The translations under genes and the position numbers were made by a program. This document shows positions 19,576 through 29,865 of a DNA stretch of 64,000 bases, one piece after another (the stretch's first letter is position 1; each line of letters starts with the position of its first letter). The stretch lies in the sequence record MN794232.1; one strand, written 5' to 3'. The notes beneath the pieces were generated by a model that was not told where the DNA came from, ran no database searches, and saw only the letters and a list, made by a program, of their open reading frames with translations.

Positions 19576-20628
19576 TCAATTTACCATTTTGATTTGAATT
19601 TGATTGTCCATGTAAGCCATTTTCTTTTCAAATTCAACATCATATTCTGGTCGATGTTCGTATTCGACTGAAAGCATTTGCTTCAGACAACGGTACAATT
19701 CCGACTTGTAATACCCTTCTTTCATTCCCTTCATCTGTTCATATTGCTTTTTCATAGCAGCTTTGATTATCTTCGGGTCCATGAATTTGATTGACATTTC
19801 TCGCGGTGCTTTTACTGTGCCAAAGTCAACAAACACCTGAGCCTTTTCAGCTACTTGAATGAAGTCATAAATCGTGTCATAACTCATTCGACTTAGCGTG
19901 TGGTGCATACAAACATGTTTGCTATGTTCTTTTAGCAACGGTACATTTGCAAGCATCAAGTCGTGGTCGATGTTCTGACGAATGTATTCGTTGCGCTCTT
20001 TTCCGCCGTCACATGAAATTGTAAACACTAGACGATGTTTGTACTTTTTACATATGGCTAGAATCTTCTTCGCAAGTGGCGTATGCAACACAGTACCATT
20101 TGTCAGGATGTAAACTTCCGCGTTTGTTTCTTCCATGACTTCAGTCAGAACTTCGACTGTTCTCTTGTCCATGAACGGTTCGCCGCCGTATAGCACAACA
20201 GTTTCAACACCCTTCGGGATGCTGAAATCGAGTTGTGTGTAATCGTAGTGGTCGTCAATGTCATACAAGTCCATGTATGTTTTGCTATTCTTGCCATAGC
20301 ACATTCGACACGCTAGGTTACATTTGTTTGACATCAATATTTGAATTGTTCTAGGATGCTCTTCGAGTGCTTCATATTCGAAGTACTTCTGATCAGACAA
20401 TTCGCCATAACTCATACATTCTTTGCAGTATTCTGGTAAAGTGTCATACTCAAACATTTTGGCACGATGTTCATTGATGATGTCACTGTGCCACCAGTCT
20501 TCAACGTTCGGGAATGGTTCACTTAGCTGAGAACAGCAAATGTGATACCCATCTGGTTTTGCGTCACGTGTATTAAAGGGAGAGCCACAAAGTGGTCTCT
20601 TCCCGTCTTTAAATCCGAATTTATCCAT
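19576..20628 (-). CDS. radical SAM protein with N-terminal SPASM/twitch-like Cys domain
   Basis: CNLACRMC; YGGEP; CGSPF...CC...CKEC. Confidence 0.85.
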   Translation of the reverse strand: MDKFGFKDGKRPLCGSPFNTRDAKPDGYHICCSQLSEPFPNVEDWWHSDIINEHRAKMFEYDTLPEYCKECMSYGELSDQKYFEYEALEEHPRTIQILMSNKCNLACRMCYGKNSKTYMDLYDIDDHYDYTQLDFSIPKGVETVVLYGGEPFMDKRTVEVLTEVMEETNAEVYILTNGTVLHTPLAKKILAICKKYKHRLVFTISCDGGKERNEYIRQNIDHDLMLANVPLLKEHSKHVCMHHTLSRMSYDTIYDFIQVAEKAQVFVDFGTVKAPREMSIKFMDPKIIKAAMKKQYEQMKGMKEGYYKSELYRCLKQMLSVEYEHRPEYDVEFEKKMAYMDNQIQIKMVN

Positions 20629-20900
20629 TAATCTATCTCATCGAGAAGTGATTGAAATTCTTCGTCGCGTTCAGCGTCGATTGTGCCAGTCATCAACTCT
20701 GTTAGAGTCTTCAACGACTTGATCTCTGGTGGTTGAGGGCGTAGATCTTCGAGAATGTGAATGATTGACTCGGCTGGGAGATCGTGATTTACGATCTCAT
20801 CTGGCAGGTGGTGTTTGTAAACGCAGTCGTCGCCCCAATCAATAACTACTGCATGTTCCCATTTGTCGATTTCTAGTATTTTAAAATTTGGTTTCATCAT
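20628..20900 (-). CDS. hypothetical protein
   Basis: ORF coupled to both neighbours; start MMKPNF. Confidence 0.6.
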   Translation of the reverse strand: MMKPNFKILEIDKWEHAVVIDWGDDCVYKHHLPDEIVNHDLPAESIIHILEDLRPQPPEIKSLKTLTELMTGTIDAERDEEFQSLLDEID

Positions 20901-21898
20901 AAGCCCCAGAGTTCTTTCCAATGTGTTTTAGCATCTTGTCGATACTTCTCAATGTCAAATTTTTGATATTTCTGTTCGATTGCATCATCAATGACGCGAA
21001 TCAACGTATCATTGTTTATATCAGCACGAATCACTGGGAAAATAAAATCCCTTGTGTAAGGTGCGTCATGCTGAACAATACAAGGTATGTACTGACATGC
21101 TTCTAATAACGCATATGGCATAATCTCGATTCGAGACATGTGAAGCAAAACTTTACTTTTCATCATATGTGCTATGACTCGCTCACGCCGTTGACAAGTT
21201 TCGACTATACAATCAACCCCACTCGGGATTCTTATTGATTCGGTTGTGAATAGACGAATTTTAAGACCGCTGTATGCAAGCGCGTTTAGCATTTCGGGTA
21301 TCTGCTTACGTTTGTATGCACCTGACACGATAATCACGTCAGACGCTTCAGCAGCGTCAATATCAGCTTGTGATATAGACGGAAGCTCAAATGGTTCAAA
21401 TGCAGTCACATGTTTGCCACCAATTACTTCTCGACCCCATTGTGCAATCCCGTTCGATTGAGCAATGTTAGTGACTAATGACGTTGACATCATGTGTCGC
21501 CATTGAGGTAAATTGTAAATTTGATGAATGTCCATGTATTCGCGATATGAATCTGGTACTATCAAGTCACCGAAATGATGTTGGTTGTAACAACGGCGCT
21601 TCGCTTCGATACATGCGCGGAGTGCTTCATATGAATGCGTGTAGATAATCGCTTCGCTATCAATCGCGTTGATAACCATTGCGTTTGCCTTGTAGTCTTT
21701 ATAAGACCGTTTCGTTAAAATGAAGTCACACTCGAAATCCCATTTACTCACGTGTGGACACGATTCGTCTCCGAGTACAATAACTTTGACATCACAGTTT
21801 AGTGATTGCATTAAACGAACGTGATCTTGAATGAATGTGTAAATACCGCCGCCAATTCCCAACATAAAGTCAGTTACTACGTAGCGAACTTTTTTCAT
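20897..21898 (-). CDS. GT4-family glycosyltransferase
   Basis: N-terminal GIGGG; C-terminal SRIEIMPYALLEA (E-x7-E). Confidence 0.7.
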   Translation of the reverse strand: MKKVRYVVTDFMLGIGGGIYTFIQDHVRLMQSLNCDVKVIVLGDESCPHVSKWDFECDFILTKRSYKDYKANAMVINAIDSEAIIYTHSYEALRACIEAKRRCYNQHHFGDLIVPDSYREYMDIHQIYNLPQWRHMMSTSLVTNIAQSNGIAQWGREVIGGKHVTAFEPFELPSISQADIDAAEASDVIIVSGAYKRKQIPEMLNALAYSGLKIRLFTTESIRIPSGVDCIVETCQRRERVIAHMMKSKVLLHMSRIEIMPYALLEACQYIPCIVQHDAPYTRDFIFPVIRADINNDTLIRVIDDAIEQKYQKFDIEKYRQDAKTHWKELWGL

Positions 21899-21967
21899 AA
21901 AAAGTGTTGACTCCTACTGTGTTTGTCTGTAGACTAATTGTATCTCAAGCAGACTGGGAATTAAACA

Positions 21968-22174
21968 ATGCGACTATTATCTCAAGACCTAGTTCGCTTA
22001 CGTGTAGAAGAGCTACCGTTCGTGAATTTAAGTGTTGAAACGCAGATCAAAATATGCGATTATCTCAACACGCTCGACGATGAGACTATTTACTCGCTTG
22101 AGAAGCATACTGAGACACCGCAAGGTGCAAGAAAACTATTAAACTTTTTATTAAAGAAGATTGGAGACACATAA
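21968..22174 (+). CDS. hypothetical protein
   Basis: ORF with RBS. Confidence 0.55.
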   Translation: MRLLSQDLVRLRVEELPFVNLSVETQIKICDYLNTLDDETIYSLEKHTETPQGARKLLNFLLKKIGDT

Positions 22175-22175
22175 T

Positions 22176-22652
22176 ATGGCATATGAATCAGTTTTTAACG
22201 GTACAAACCGTTACAAAGTTCTACGTGAGGGTCGTGAATACATCAACAAAGTTGCGCATCGTCATGGCGCAGTTGACAAAGGTATTTACGTCACTATGGA
22301 CTATCATGTGATAGATCGCATCATGGATCACTCGTTCCCTGCACGTGTATTTGAAATCATCGTTGGTCGATTGATCAAAAATCACCAAGACGAGATTTTG
22401 AAAATCGCGAATATGCCAGCAGAAGAACGACCGAAGCACATCAATGTGTACGGCAACAAGCCAGATTCGCCGTACATGGTTGGCATTACAATCAACAAAG
22501 CGCAAACAGGTAAAGTTTATGTGAACTTGAGAACGTGCTATAAAGAACGCAACAGCAAATACCGTCAACGCATCATCGAAGCATACAAGATTCGTGTAAA
22601 ATCTTCTTCAGAACTTGAAGGCGCAGAAAGTGAGGTTGATTCAGATCAATAA
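22176..22652 (+). CDS. hypothetical protein
   Basis: GGAG RBS, start MAYES. Confidence 0.7.
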   Translation: MAYESVFNGTNRYKVLREGREYINKVAHRHGAVDKGIYVTMDYHVIDRIMDHSFPARVFEIIVGRLIKNHQDEILKIANMPAEERPKHINVYGNKPDSPYMVGITINKAQTGKVYVNLRTCYKERNSKYRQRIIEAYKIRVKSSSELEGAESEVDSDQ

Positions 22653-22681
22653 ATAGAAAACAATTAACAAACGAGGGAATT

Positions 22682-24910
22682 TTGATGCTTGTAGTGAAGT
22701 CTTCTGGCATTACAGAAGAATTTGAAGAAAGTAAATTGATGCGCGTACTTGGTGACGCATGTAAGAATACGACAATTGATCCACATCAATTACTTGCCCG
22801 CGTGAAAGCTCAACTTAGCGACGGGATGACGAGCAAAGACATTCAAAAGGCAGCGATCAAAATCGCTGCCGATAGCATTTCAGTAGAAGAGCCAGATTAT
22901 CAATACGTCGCGGCTCGACTGGCTATGTATGGTCTTCGCAAAGATGTATATGGTCAATTCGACCCTATTCCATTCAAACAACTCATTGAAAGAAACACTG
23001 CAATCGAAGTTTACGATTCAGAGATTCTTGAAAAATGGTCAGACTCAGAACTAGAATACCTAGAATCTCAAGTCAAGCATGAACGCGACTTTGATTTTGC
23101 ATATGCAGGTGTAATGCAATTCAAAGAAAAATACTTGTGCAAAAACCGTGGTACAGGTGCGATTTACGAAACACCGCAATATGCTTACATGCTCATTGCT
23201 ATGTGTTTGCACCAAGAAGAGAAATTCGACCGATTAAAGCACGTTATTGACTTTTACAACGCTGTTTCGACTCAAAAACTTTCACTACCTACACCGATTA
23301 TGGCAGGCGTTCGTACCCCGACACGTCAATTTAGCTCGTGTGTGAAAATCGAATCTGGCGACTCGCTGCGTTCGATCAACAAGGTATCTGAAGCTATCGT
23401 TGATTACATCAGTAAGCGTGCGGGTATTGGCGTAAACGGTGGTGCAATTCGAGCAGAGGGTTCGGTTGTACGTGCGGGCGAAATTCGTCACACTGGTGTG
23501 ATTCCGTTCTGGAAACACTTTCAGACTGCGGTTAAATCGTGTTCTCAAGGTGGTGTGCGTGGCGGTGCTGCGACTCTGACTTACCCGATCTGGCACTTAG
23601 AAGTAGAAAAGCTTCTTGTTCTGAAGAACAACAAAGGTGTTGAAGAGAACCGTATTCGTCATCTTGACTACAGCGTATCAATTAACCGATTGATGATGCA
23701 ACGTCTGGTTAATAACGAATACATCACGTTATTCAGCCCCGATGAGCGTCACGGTGCTCTTTACGGTGAGTATCACACAAACCCAGAAGAGTTTGAGCGT
23801 CTTTACCTAGAGCTTGAAGCTGATCCGAAAGTGCGCAAGAAACGCATCAAAGCAACTGAACTATTCAGTATCTTTGGTCAAGAGCGTTCAAGTACGGGTC
23901 GTATCTACCCGATCTTCGTAGATAACTTGAATGCACAGTCACCGTACATCGAAGCGATCAAGCAATCGAACTTGTGTATGGAAATCGCTCTACCTACGTA
24001 CCCGCTTGGTACTTCATATGAAGAAATCGCACTTTGTACGCTTGCTGCTTACAACTTAGGTGCAATCGAATCGCCAAGTGAATTTGCTCGACTGGCGCCA
24101 ATCGTTATTCGTGCGCTTGATAATCTACTAGATTACCAAGATTATCCAGTAGAAGCCGCTGAAAAAGCAAAATATCGTCGCGCATTGGGTATCGGTATCA
24201 CTAACTTTGCATATTTCTTGGCAAAGAACTTCGTCGGATACGACTCATCAGCTAAGTATCTCGTGCATGAATGGATGGAAGCAATGTCTTACTACAACAT
24301 TCAAGCATCAATGATGTTAGCAAAAGAGCGTGGTGCGAACAAATGGCATCGTAAGACGCGCTGGGCTAAAGGTCAGTTGCCAATTGACTGGTACAATAAA
24401 AATGTTGATAAGCTTGTCAAGCCGAATTATAATCTAGACTGGGAAGCACTTCGCGCTGACGTAATTCGTTACGGTATGCGAAATGACACCACTTCAGCTT
24501 TCATGCCATGTGAAAGTAGTTCTCAGATTAGCAACAGCACGAACGGTATTGAGCCACCTCGTGGTCTAGTATCGACTAAGCAATCAAAAGACGGCGTTTT
24601 CAACCAAGTTGTGCCTGAAGTTGACTTGCTGAAAGATGAATACGGACTTGCGTGGAAAGTTTGCGAAAAGGATAACTTTGGTTATCTGACGCTAGTTGCA
24701 ATCATGCAGAAGTTTGTTGATCAAAGCATTTCAGCGAACCAATATTACGATCCTTCTAAATTCCCAAATGGGAAGATTCCGATGGAACGTATTTTTGAAG
24801 AACTAGCGTTCTGTAGCCATTACGGTATCAAGACTCTTTATTATTCTAACACTCGTGACGGTGCTGACGGCACTGAAGACGGGGAAGACTGTGACGGTTG
24901 CAAAGTTTAA
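22682..24910 (+). CDS. nrdA: class Ia ribonucleotide reductase alpha subunit
   Basis: ATP cone, PTRQFSSC, QSNLCMEI, CTLA, TLYY, C-terminal CDGC; TTG start. Confidence 0.97.
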   Translation: MMLVVKSSGITEEFEESKLMRVLGDACKNTTIDPHQLLARVKAQLSDGMTSKDIQKAAIKIAADSISVEEPDYQYVAARLAMYGLRKDVYGQFDPIPFKQLIERNTAIEVYDSEILEKWSDSELEYLESQVKHERDFDFAYAGVMQFKEKYLCKNRGTGAIYETPQYAYMLIAMCLHQEEKFDRLKHVIDFYNAVSTQKLSLPTPIMAGVRTPTRQFSSCVKIESGDSLRSINKVSEAIVDYISKRAGIGVNGGAIRAEGSVVRAGEIRHTGVIPFWKHFQTAVKSCSQGGVRGGAATLTYPIWHLEVEKLLVLKNNKGVEENRIRHLDYSVSINRLMMQRLVNNEYITLFSPDERHGALYGEYHTNPEEFERLYLELEADPKVRKKRIKATELFSIFGQERSSTGRIYPIFVDNLNAQSPYIEAIKQSNLCMEIALPTYPLGTSYEEIALCTLAAYNLGAIESPSEFARLAPIVIRALDNLLDYQDYPVEAAEKAKYRRALGIGITNFAYFLAKNFVGYDSSAKYLVHEWMEAMSYYNIQASMMLAKERGANKWHRKTRWAKGQLPIDWYNKNVDKLVKPNYNLDWEALRADVIRYGMRNDTTSAFMPCESSSQISNSTNGIEPPRGLVSTKQSKDGVFNQVVPEVDLLKDEYGLAWKVCEKDNFGYLTLVAIMQKFVDQSISANQYYDPSKFPNGKIPMERIFEELAFCSHYGIKTLYYSNTRDGADGTEDGEDCDGCKV

Positions 24911-24919
24911 GGTAGATAC

Positions 24920-26044
24920 ATGTCTAAGACGATTTTCAATAAAAATAAGGTTGACCATCTTGGTCAACCTCTTTTCTTGGGCGAAGACCCAAACATTTCA
25001 CGATTCGAAACGGTAAAACACGGCGTATTCGAACAGCTTACTGAAAAACAACTTTCATTCTTCTGGCGTCCAGAAGAAGTCGATTTGACTCTTGACTCTC
25101 AAGAATTTGATCGAATGCCTGAACACTGGAAACACGTGTTCACGCAAAATCTGAAGTATCAATCACTGCTAGACTCAGTGCAGGGTCGTGCGCCTAATAT
25201 CGCGTTCTTGCCTATCTGTAGTGACAACTCGCTTGAAAACTGGATCACTACGTGGGACTTCAGTGAAACTATTCACAGTCGCTCTTACACGCACATCATG
25301 CGTAACTTGTATTCAAACCCGAGTGCGGTGTTTGACGAGATTGTACTCGACAAGTCAATCATGGCACGTGCTGAAGCAGTTACCGAGCATTATGACAAGC
25401 TAATTGCCGAAACGCAAAAGCTAAATCAGCTCAAAACTATGAATCTAGATGAAGCTCACATTCTTATGCAAGAGAGTGCAGTGAAAGAAGCTCTTTATCT
25501 GTGTATGCACGCAGTAAATGCGCTTGAAGCTATTCGATTCTACGTTTCATTCGCGTGTACGTTCAACTTTGCCGAGCAAGGCATTATGGAAGGTAACGCT
25601 AAAGTAATGAAGCTGATTGCTCGTGATGAACAGCTTCACTTGAAAGGTACACAAGCGTTAATCAGCATCTGGCAGAACTACAAAGACGACCCGGAAATGG
25701 CAGAAATTTCGCTTCGCCTTCAACCAGAAGCCGAAAAGATTTTCATGCAAGTCGTTGATCAAGAGAAAGAATGGGCACATTCTCTGTTCTCACAAGGTAC
25801 AGTTCCAGGTCTAAACGCTCAAATTCTTTGTGAATATGTTGAATATCTTGCAGATAGTCGTATGCGTTCAGTTGGTTTGAATAGTCCGTACCCTCGACGT
25901 AAACACCCACTTCCGTGGATTCGTAAGTGGCTAAATAGTGATTCAGTACAAGTGGCAGCGCAAGAAGCTGAACTTAGTTCGTACCTTGTTGGTCAGATTG
26001 ATTCGACAGTACGCCCTGAATTCCTAAAAACGTTAGAGGTGTAA
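24920..26044 (+). CDS. nrdB: ribonucleotide reductase beta subunit
   Basis: FWRPEEVD, DSVQGR, ETIHSRSY, EAIRFYVSF, RDEQLH. Confidence 0.97.
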   Translation: MSKTIFNKNKVDHLGQPLFLGEDPNISRFETVKHGVFEQLTEKQLSFFWRPEEVDLTLDSQEFDRMPEHWKHVFTQNLKYQSLLDSVQGRAPNIAFLPICSDNSLENWITTWDFSETIHSRSYTHIMRNLYSNPSAVFDEIVLDKSIMARAEAVTEHYDKLIAETQKLNQLKTMNLDEAHILMQESAVKEALYLCMHAVNALEAIRFYVSFACTFNFAEQGIMEGNAKVMKLIARDEQLHLKGTQALISIWQNYKDDPEMAEISLRLQPEAEKIFMQVVDQEKEWAHSLFSQGTVPGLNAQILCEYVEYLADSRMRSVGLNSPYPRRKHPLPWIRKWLNSDSVQVAAQEAELSSYLVGQIDSTVRPEFLKTLEV

Positions 26045-26045
26045 T

Positions 26046-26345
26046 TTGGTAGAAATATTTGGTTGGGACGAAAGCGATTTTCGCTGCGTTCCTTGCTTGA
26101 AAGCAAAACGACTAGCTGAAACACGCGGCATGATCTTTGACTTCATTCCGCTTGCAAAAGAAAAGGTAACAGACGCACACAAACACAATCGAGAAGAACT
26201 AGAAAGGCGAATGCATGAAATGGGTAAAGAGCTAAAGACTCTCCCTCAAGTGTTCTTCGACGGTGTTCATGTGGGTGGTTTTGACGACTTCAAGGCTAAG
26301 ATACATTCCATTGAAGAAGCTCGTTGGGATGCACGCATCAAATAA
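26046..26345 (+). CDS. nrdC: glutaredoxin
   Basis: CVPC active site, TLPQVF, GGFDDF; TTG start. Confidence 0.85.
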   Translation: MVEIFGWDESDFRCVPCLKAKRLAETRGMIFDFIPLAKEKVTDAHKHNREELERRMHEMGKELKTLPQVFFDGVHVGGFDDFKAKIHSIEEARWDARIK

Positions 26346-26419
26346 TTAAAGAAAAGGGTTGACACATGTCAGCCCTTTTTTGTATGCTTCGTTTGCTAAA
26401 TCGACAAGGAGTGAGAAAT

Positions 26420-26992
26420 ATGAAAAAGCTAATGACACTGCTTCTAGCAGTTTGCGCGTTCAATGCATCTGCAAGCAATGTATGTCACGTCAAGTTCAAC
26501 GGTCAAGAACTATCCGAGAAGCAATGGCACAATGTTCGTGCTGTGTTCATCAACGGTTGGTACAATGACTTGAGTTGGTCACTTGCTGCTATCGCTATTG
26601 TCGAATCTAGTGCTGGTGAGCAAATGATTAACAATCGAACGAAAGATTATGGTTTGATGCAAAACAACATCAAAACTGCGACTGCTCGATTGAAACGTTG
26701 GGAGAAAGCAGGTCGAGACTTCGGTCCCTATGATCTCAACAATCCAGAAGATGTAAAAACAATATTGCTTACTGACCGTACGGTTTCCGTTCAGCTTGCA
26801 ATTGAAGAGCTTGAATACTGGAAGAAGATACGCGGTAAAAACAACTGGCGTGAAATCTATGCGAGTTACAATGGGGGTTTTTACAAAGATAAAACATGGG
26901 AAGCGCGTGCTGAAAAGTACTCTGACAAAATTGTAATGACTATGCGCAAACTAAAACCTTGCAAAGAGCAACTATTGAGAGGGTTATACTAA
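26420..26992 (+). CDS. lytic transglycosylase (SLT-like) with signal peptide
   Basis: AIAIVESS, YGLMQ, ASYNGG. Confidence 0.75.
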   Translation: MKKLMTLLLAVCAFNASASNVCHVKFNGQELSEKQWHNVRAVFINGWYNDLSWSLAAIAIVESSAGEQMINNRTKDYGLMQNNIKTATARLKRWEKAGRDFGPYDLNNPEDVKTILLTDRTVSVQLAIEELEYWKKIRGKNNWREIYASYNGGFYKDKTWEARAEKYSDKIVMTMRKLKPCKEQLLRGLY

Positions 26993-27177
26993 TGGGACAG
27001 ATATTAATTTGGGCAACTGCATGGGCTATTGTGATGAACAATCAGTGGATGTTGAAAATCTTTTGTGCGTTTAATTGGCACACATGGGAATATACGAAAG
27101 GCAGTAAGCGCGTATGTAAGCATTGCCAGAAGCGTCAAAGCCTAATTCGTGTCGGTAATGACACTGAATGGAAATAA
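26989..27177 (+). CDS. small hypothetical protein
   Basis: GAGG RBS; C..H.W...CKHC motif. Confidence 0.55.
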   Translation, partial: LMGQILIWATAWAIVMNNQWMLKIFCAFNWHTWEYTKGSKRVCKHCQKRQSLIRVGNDTEWK

Positions 27178-27278
27178 ATTTAAAAAAAAATGAAAAAAGT
27201 GGTTGCGTTGGTCTCAAAAATCATTAATATAGACGGTGTTGAAGAGAACAACGCAACTAACTAAAGAGAGAACATTAT

Positions 27279-28283
27279 ATGCAAGCTATCATCACTAACG
27301 CACTTTACCGCAACACTGAAATCAACGGCACTTACACTCTAATCGAGAAAGTTTGGAATAGCTCAGACGCAGCACCAAAAAATGGTCGTATGAAAATCAT
27401 GCTTGACGGTGCAGTACGTACTATTCGCGTTAACAAAGAAGACGTGCAATACGTTGATGAAGCTGACGCATCACAAACAGCAATCCCTGCACTTGCACCA
27501 GTGATTGAAGCTGAAACTGAAGAGCAAATCGCACAACGCATCACTGAAGCGTTTGAAGCAATGGACATTTTCACAATCGGTGCTATCGCTGGTCACGTTA
27601 AATCACTAATTATCTCTGGTGCAGCAGGTGTTGGTAAGACGTTCACACTTGAGCGCGAACTAAACAAAGCTCAAGATCGCGGTGACATCAACTTCAAGAA
27701 AGTTGCTGGTACATGTTCTGGTATCGGTCTGTTCACTAAGCTTTGGGAATGTCGCAACCCAGGTGATGTTCTTCTTCTAGATGACGTAGACGTTTTCAAA
27801 GACGAAGATCAACTAAACCTTCTTAAAGCAGCACTAGACACTGGTGAAGAGCGTTGGGTTTCTTGGATGAAAGCAAGTTCTTACCTAGAAGAGCAAGGTA
27901 TCGAACAAGAATTCTTGTTTGAAGGTACAGTAATCTTTATCTCAAACAAAGACTTCGACCGCGAACTTGATGCAAACACAAAGTTATCACCGCACTTCAG
28001 CGCACTGATTTCACGTAGCATCTACCTTGACCTTGGTGTTCACACTAAAGAAGAAATCATGGTTCGCATCAAGCAAGTTGTTACAGCAACTACAATGCTA
28101 GAAGACCTTGGTCTAAACGGCGAGCAGATTGCTGAAATGCTAGTGTGGATTGAAAAGCACATGCTTGAACTGCGTACACTATCACTACGCACATGTTTAC
28201 ACATTGCAGACATGATGCTAACATCGCCTACTAAATGGGAAATGCTTGCGAAGATGACTATGCTATCTAAGAAGCGTAAATAA
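27279..28283 (+). CDS. AAA-family P-loop ATPase
   Basis: Walker A GAAGVGKT, Walker B LLLDD, SR sensor. Confidence 0.85.
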   Translation: MQAIITNALYRNTEINGTYTLIEKVWNSSDAAPKNGRMKIMLDGAVRTIRVNKEDVQYVDEADASQTAIPALAPVIEAETEEQIAQRITEAFEAMDIFTIGAIAGHVKSLIISGAAGVGKTFTLERELNKAQDRGDINFKKVAGTCSGIGLFTKLWECRNPGDVLLLDDVDVFKDEDQLNLLKAALDTGEERWVSWMKASSYLEEQGIEQEFLFEGTVIFISNKDFDRELDANTKLSPHFSALISRSIYLDLGVHTKEEIMVRIKQVVTATTMLEDLGLNGEQIAEMLVWIEKHMLELRTLSLRTCLHIADMMLTSPTKWEMLAKMTMLSKKRK

Positions 28284-28328
28284 ACTCTTTGAGGGGCTGA
28301 AAAGCCCCGTTTTTCATATGAGGGATAT

Positions 28329-29615
28329 ATGCAACGTACACTATCAAGTATCGTTAATGACGAAGCGTTAGAATACGCTATGTATACCATCGAGAACCGC
28401 GCACTGGCAAACGGGATTGATGGTCTTAAACCTGTTCAGCGATTTGTTCTGTACAACGTGATTAAAGACGCTAGTACATCGTTTGACAAGGTCGCAGCGT
28501 TAGGTAGCTCAGTGTCAAAGATTGGTTACAATCACGGTGAGACTTCGGCACAAGACGCTCTAGCACTAATGGCAGCAGAATGGCAGAACAATGTCCCGAT
28601 TGTACAAGGTCGCGGCAACTTCGGTTCTCGAATGGTTAAAGAGTCGGCTTCTGCTCGTTACGTTTATGCAAAACTGCATGACAATTTTGATCTGTACTTC
28701 AAAGACATTCACTTGTCGCCTGAACATAAAGATCTCGAACACGTACCGCCACAGTTTTATGTGCCTGTACTTCCGATGATTCTCATGAACGGTGTTCAAG
28801 GGATTGCGACGGGTTTCGCGTGTAACATTCTACCCCATGACCCTGAGTGGGTTAAGAAAGCTGTTCTTGAATATCTAGCGGGTAAAGAAATCAGCGAACC
28901 AGTTGTTAAGTTCCCTGAGTTTTACGGCAAGATTGAAAAGCTCGAACATAACAAATATGCTCAGATTGGTACAGTTGAAATTAGCGGTCTGACTGCGGTT
29001 GTTACTGAAATCCCGACAGGATTCGATCACGCGAAATACATCATTGAACTTGACAAACTCGTTGAGAAAGGTAAAATCAGTAGCTACGTAGACGAGACTA
29101 GCGAAACGTTTCAGTTTCGTGTGCGATTCAAACGTGGCGCGAAGATGACTGAAGAATCTGTAATCAAGACTCTGAAGCTGCAAAGCACATTCACGCAGAA
29201 CATCAACGTCATCGACGAGAACTATCAAATTCGTCATTTTGACGACGTGAGAGAACTTGTGAAGTGGTTTGTTGATTTTCGCATGTCGTTCTTACCTAAA
29301 CGCATTCAAGACTCGACAGAGCGCACAGAGAAGCGTGCTTCTCTAGCAATTGCAAAAGTTGAGTTTATCAAACGTGTTGTTTCGGGTACAATTATATTAT
29401 TCGGTAAGAAGCGTGCTGAAGTAGCAGCAGAACTTAAAGCCGATGAAGCATTTTCTGAGCATGTTACAGAGCTTCTAAATATGTCGGTCGACAAAATGAC
29501 TGACGATGAGATTGCTCGTCTTGAGAAAGATGCCGCAGTAGCTCAGAAAGAACTTTCCTACTGGCAGAAAACAACTGCACAGAAAGAGTTTATCAAAGAC
29601 ATCAAGGCAATATAA
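28329..29615 (+). CDS. 52: DNA topoisomerase II medium subunit (gp52)
   Basis: DGLKPVQR, YNHGETS, GNFGSR, ASARY catalytic Tyr, GIATGF. Confidence 0.95.
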   Translation: MQRTLSSIVNDEALEYAMYTIENRALANGIDGLKPVQRFVLYNVIKDASTSFDKVAALGSSVSKIGYNHGETSAQDALALMAAEWQNNVPIVQGRGNFGSRMVKESASARYVYAKLHDNFDLYFKDIHLSPEHKDLEHVPPQFYVPVLPMILMNGVQGIATGFACNILPHDPEWVKKAVLEYLAGKEISEPVVKFPEFYGKIEKLEHNKYAQIGTVEISGLTAVVTEIPTGFDHAKYIIELDKLVEKGKISSYVDETSETFQFRVRFKRGAKMTEESVIKTLKLQSTFTQNINVIDENYQIRHFDDVRELVKWFVDFRMSFLPKRIQDSTERTEKRASLAIAKVEFIKRVVSGTIILFGKKRAEVAAELKADEAFSEHVTELLNMSVDKMTDDEIARLEKDAAVAQKELSYWQKTTAQKEFIKDIKAI

Positions 29616-29857
29616 TGAACATAATCGTCGAAAACGGCAACATTTTGCCGACTGATCAAGCGACGTTATTTGCTGACGAAGAAGTATTGAGAGTGCCTGG
29701 CACTTTCAATCTTACTGACTTGGTTTGTCATCTTGGTCTTTACAAATCAAAATCACAAGCCAGACAAGCGAATCGTGTCGGTGAAATCCCGACTGGTTAC
29801 ACTGAATTCAAAGGCAATAAGAAAACGCCTTTGTACGTCTGGAATCCAACAGAGTAA
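29615..29857 (+). CDS. small protein with S4-like RNA-binding motif
   Basis: LVCHLGLYKSKSQARQ resembles the S4 signature L..xGL..SKSEARR. Confidence 0.45.
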   Translation: MNIIVENGNILPTDQATLFADEEVLRVPGTFNLTDLVCHLGLYKSKSQARQANRVGEIPTGYTEFKGNKKTPLYVWNPTE

Positions 29858-29865
29858 GGTAAATT

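Noticed and set aside
22682-26044. Introns or inteins in nrdA and nrdB
   Set aside because: Both ORFs are continuous and of normal length.
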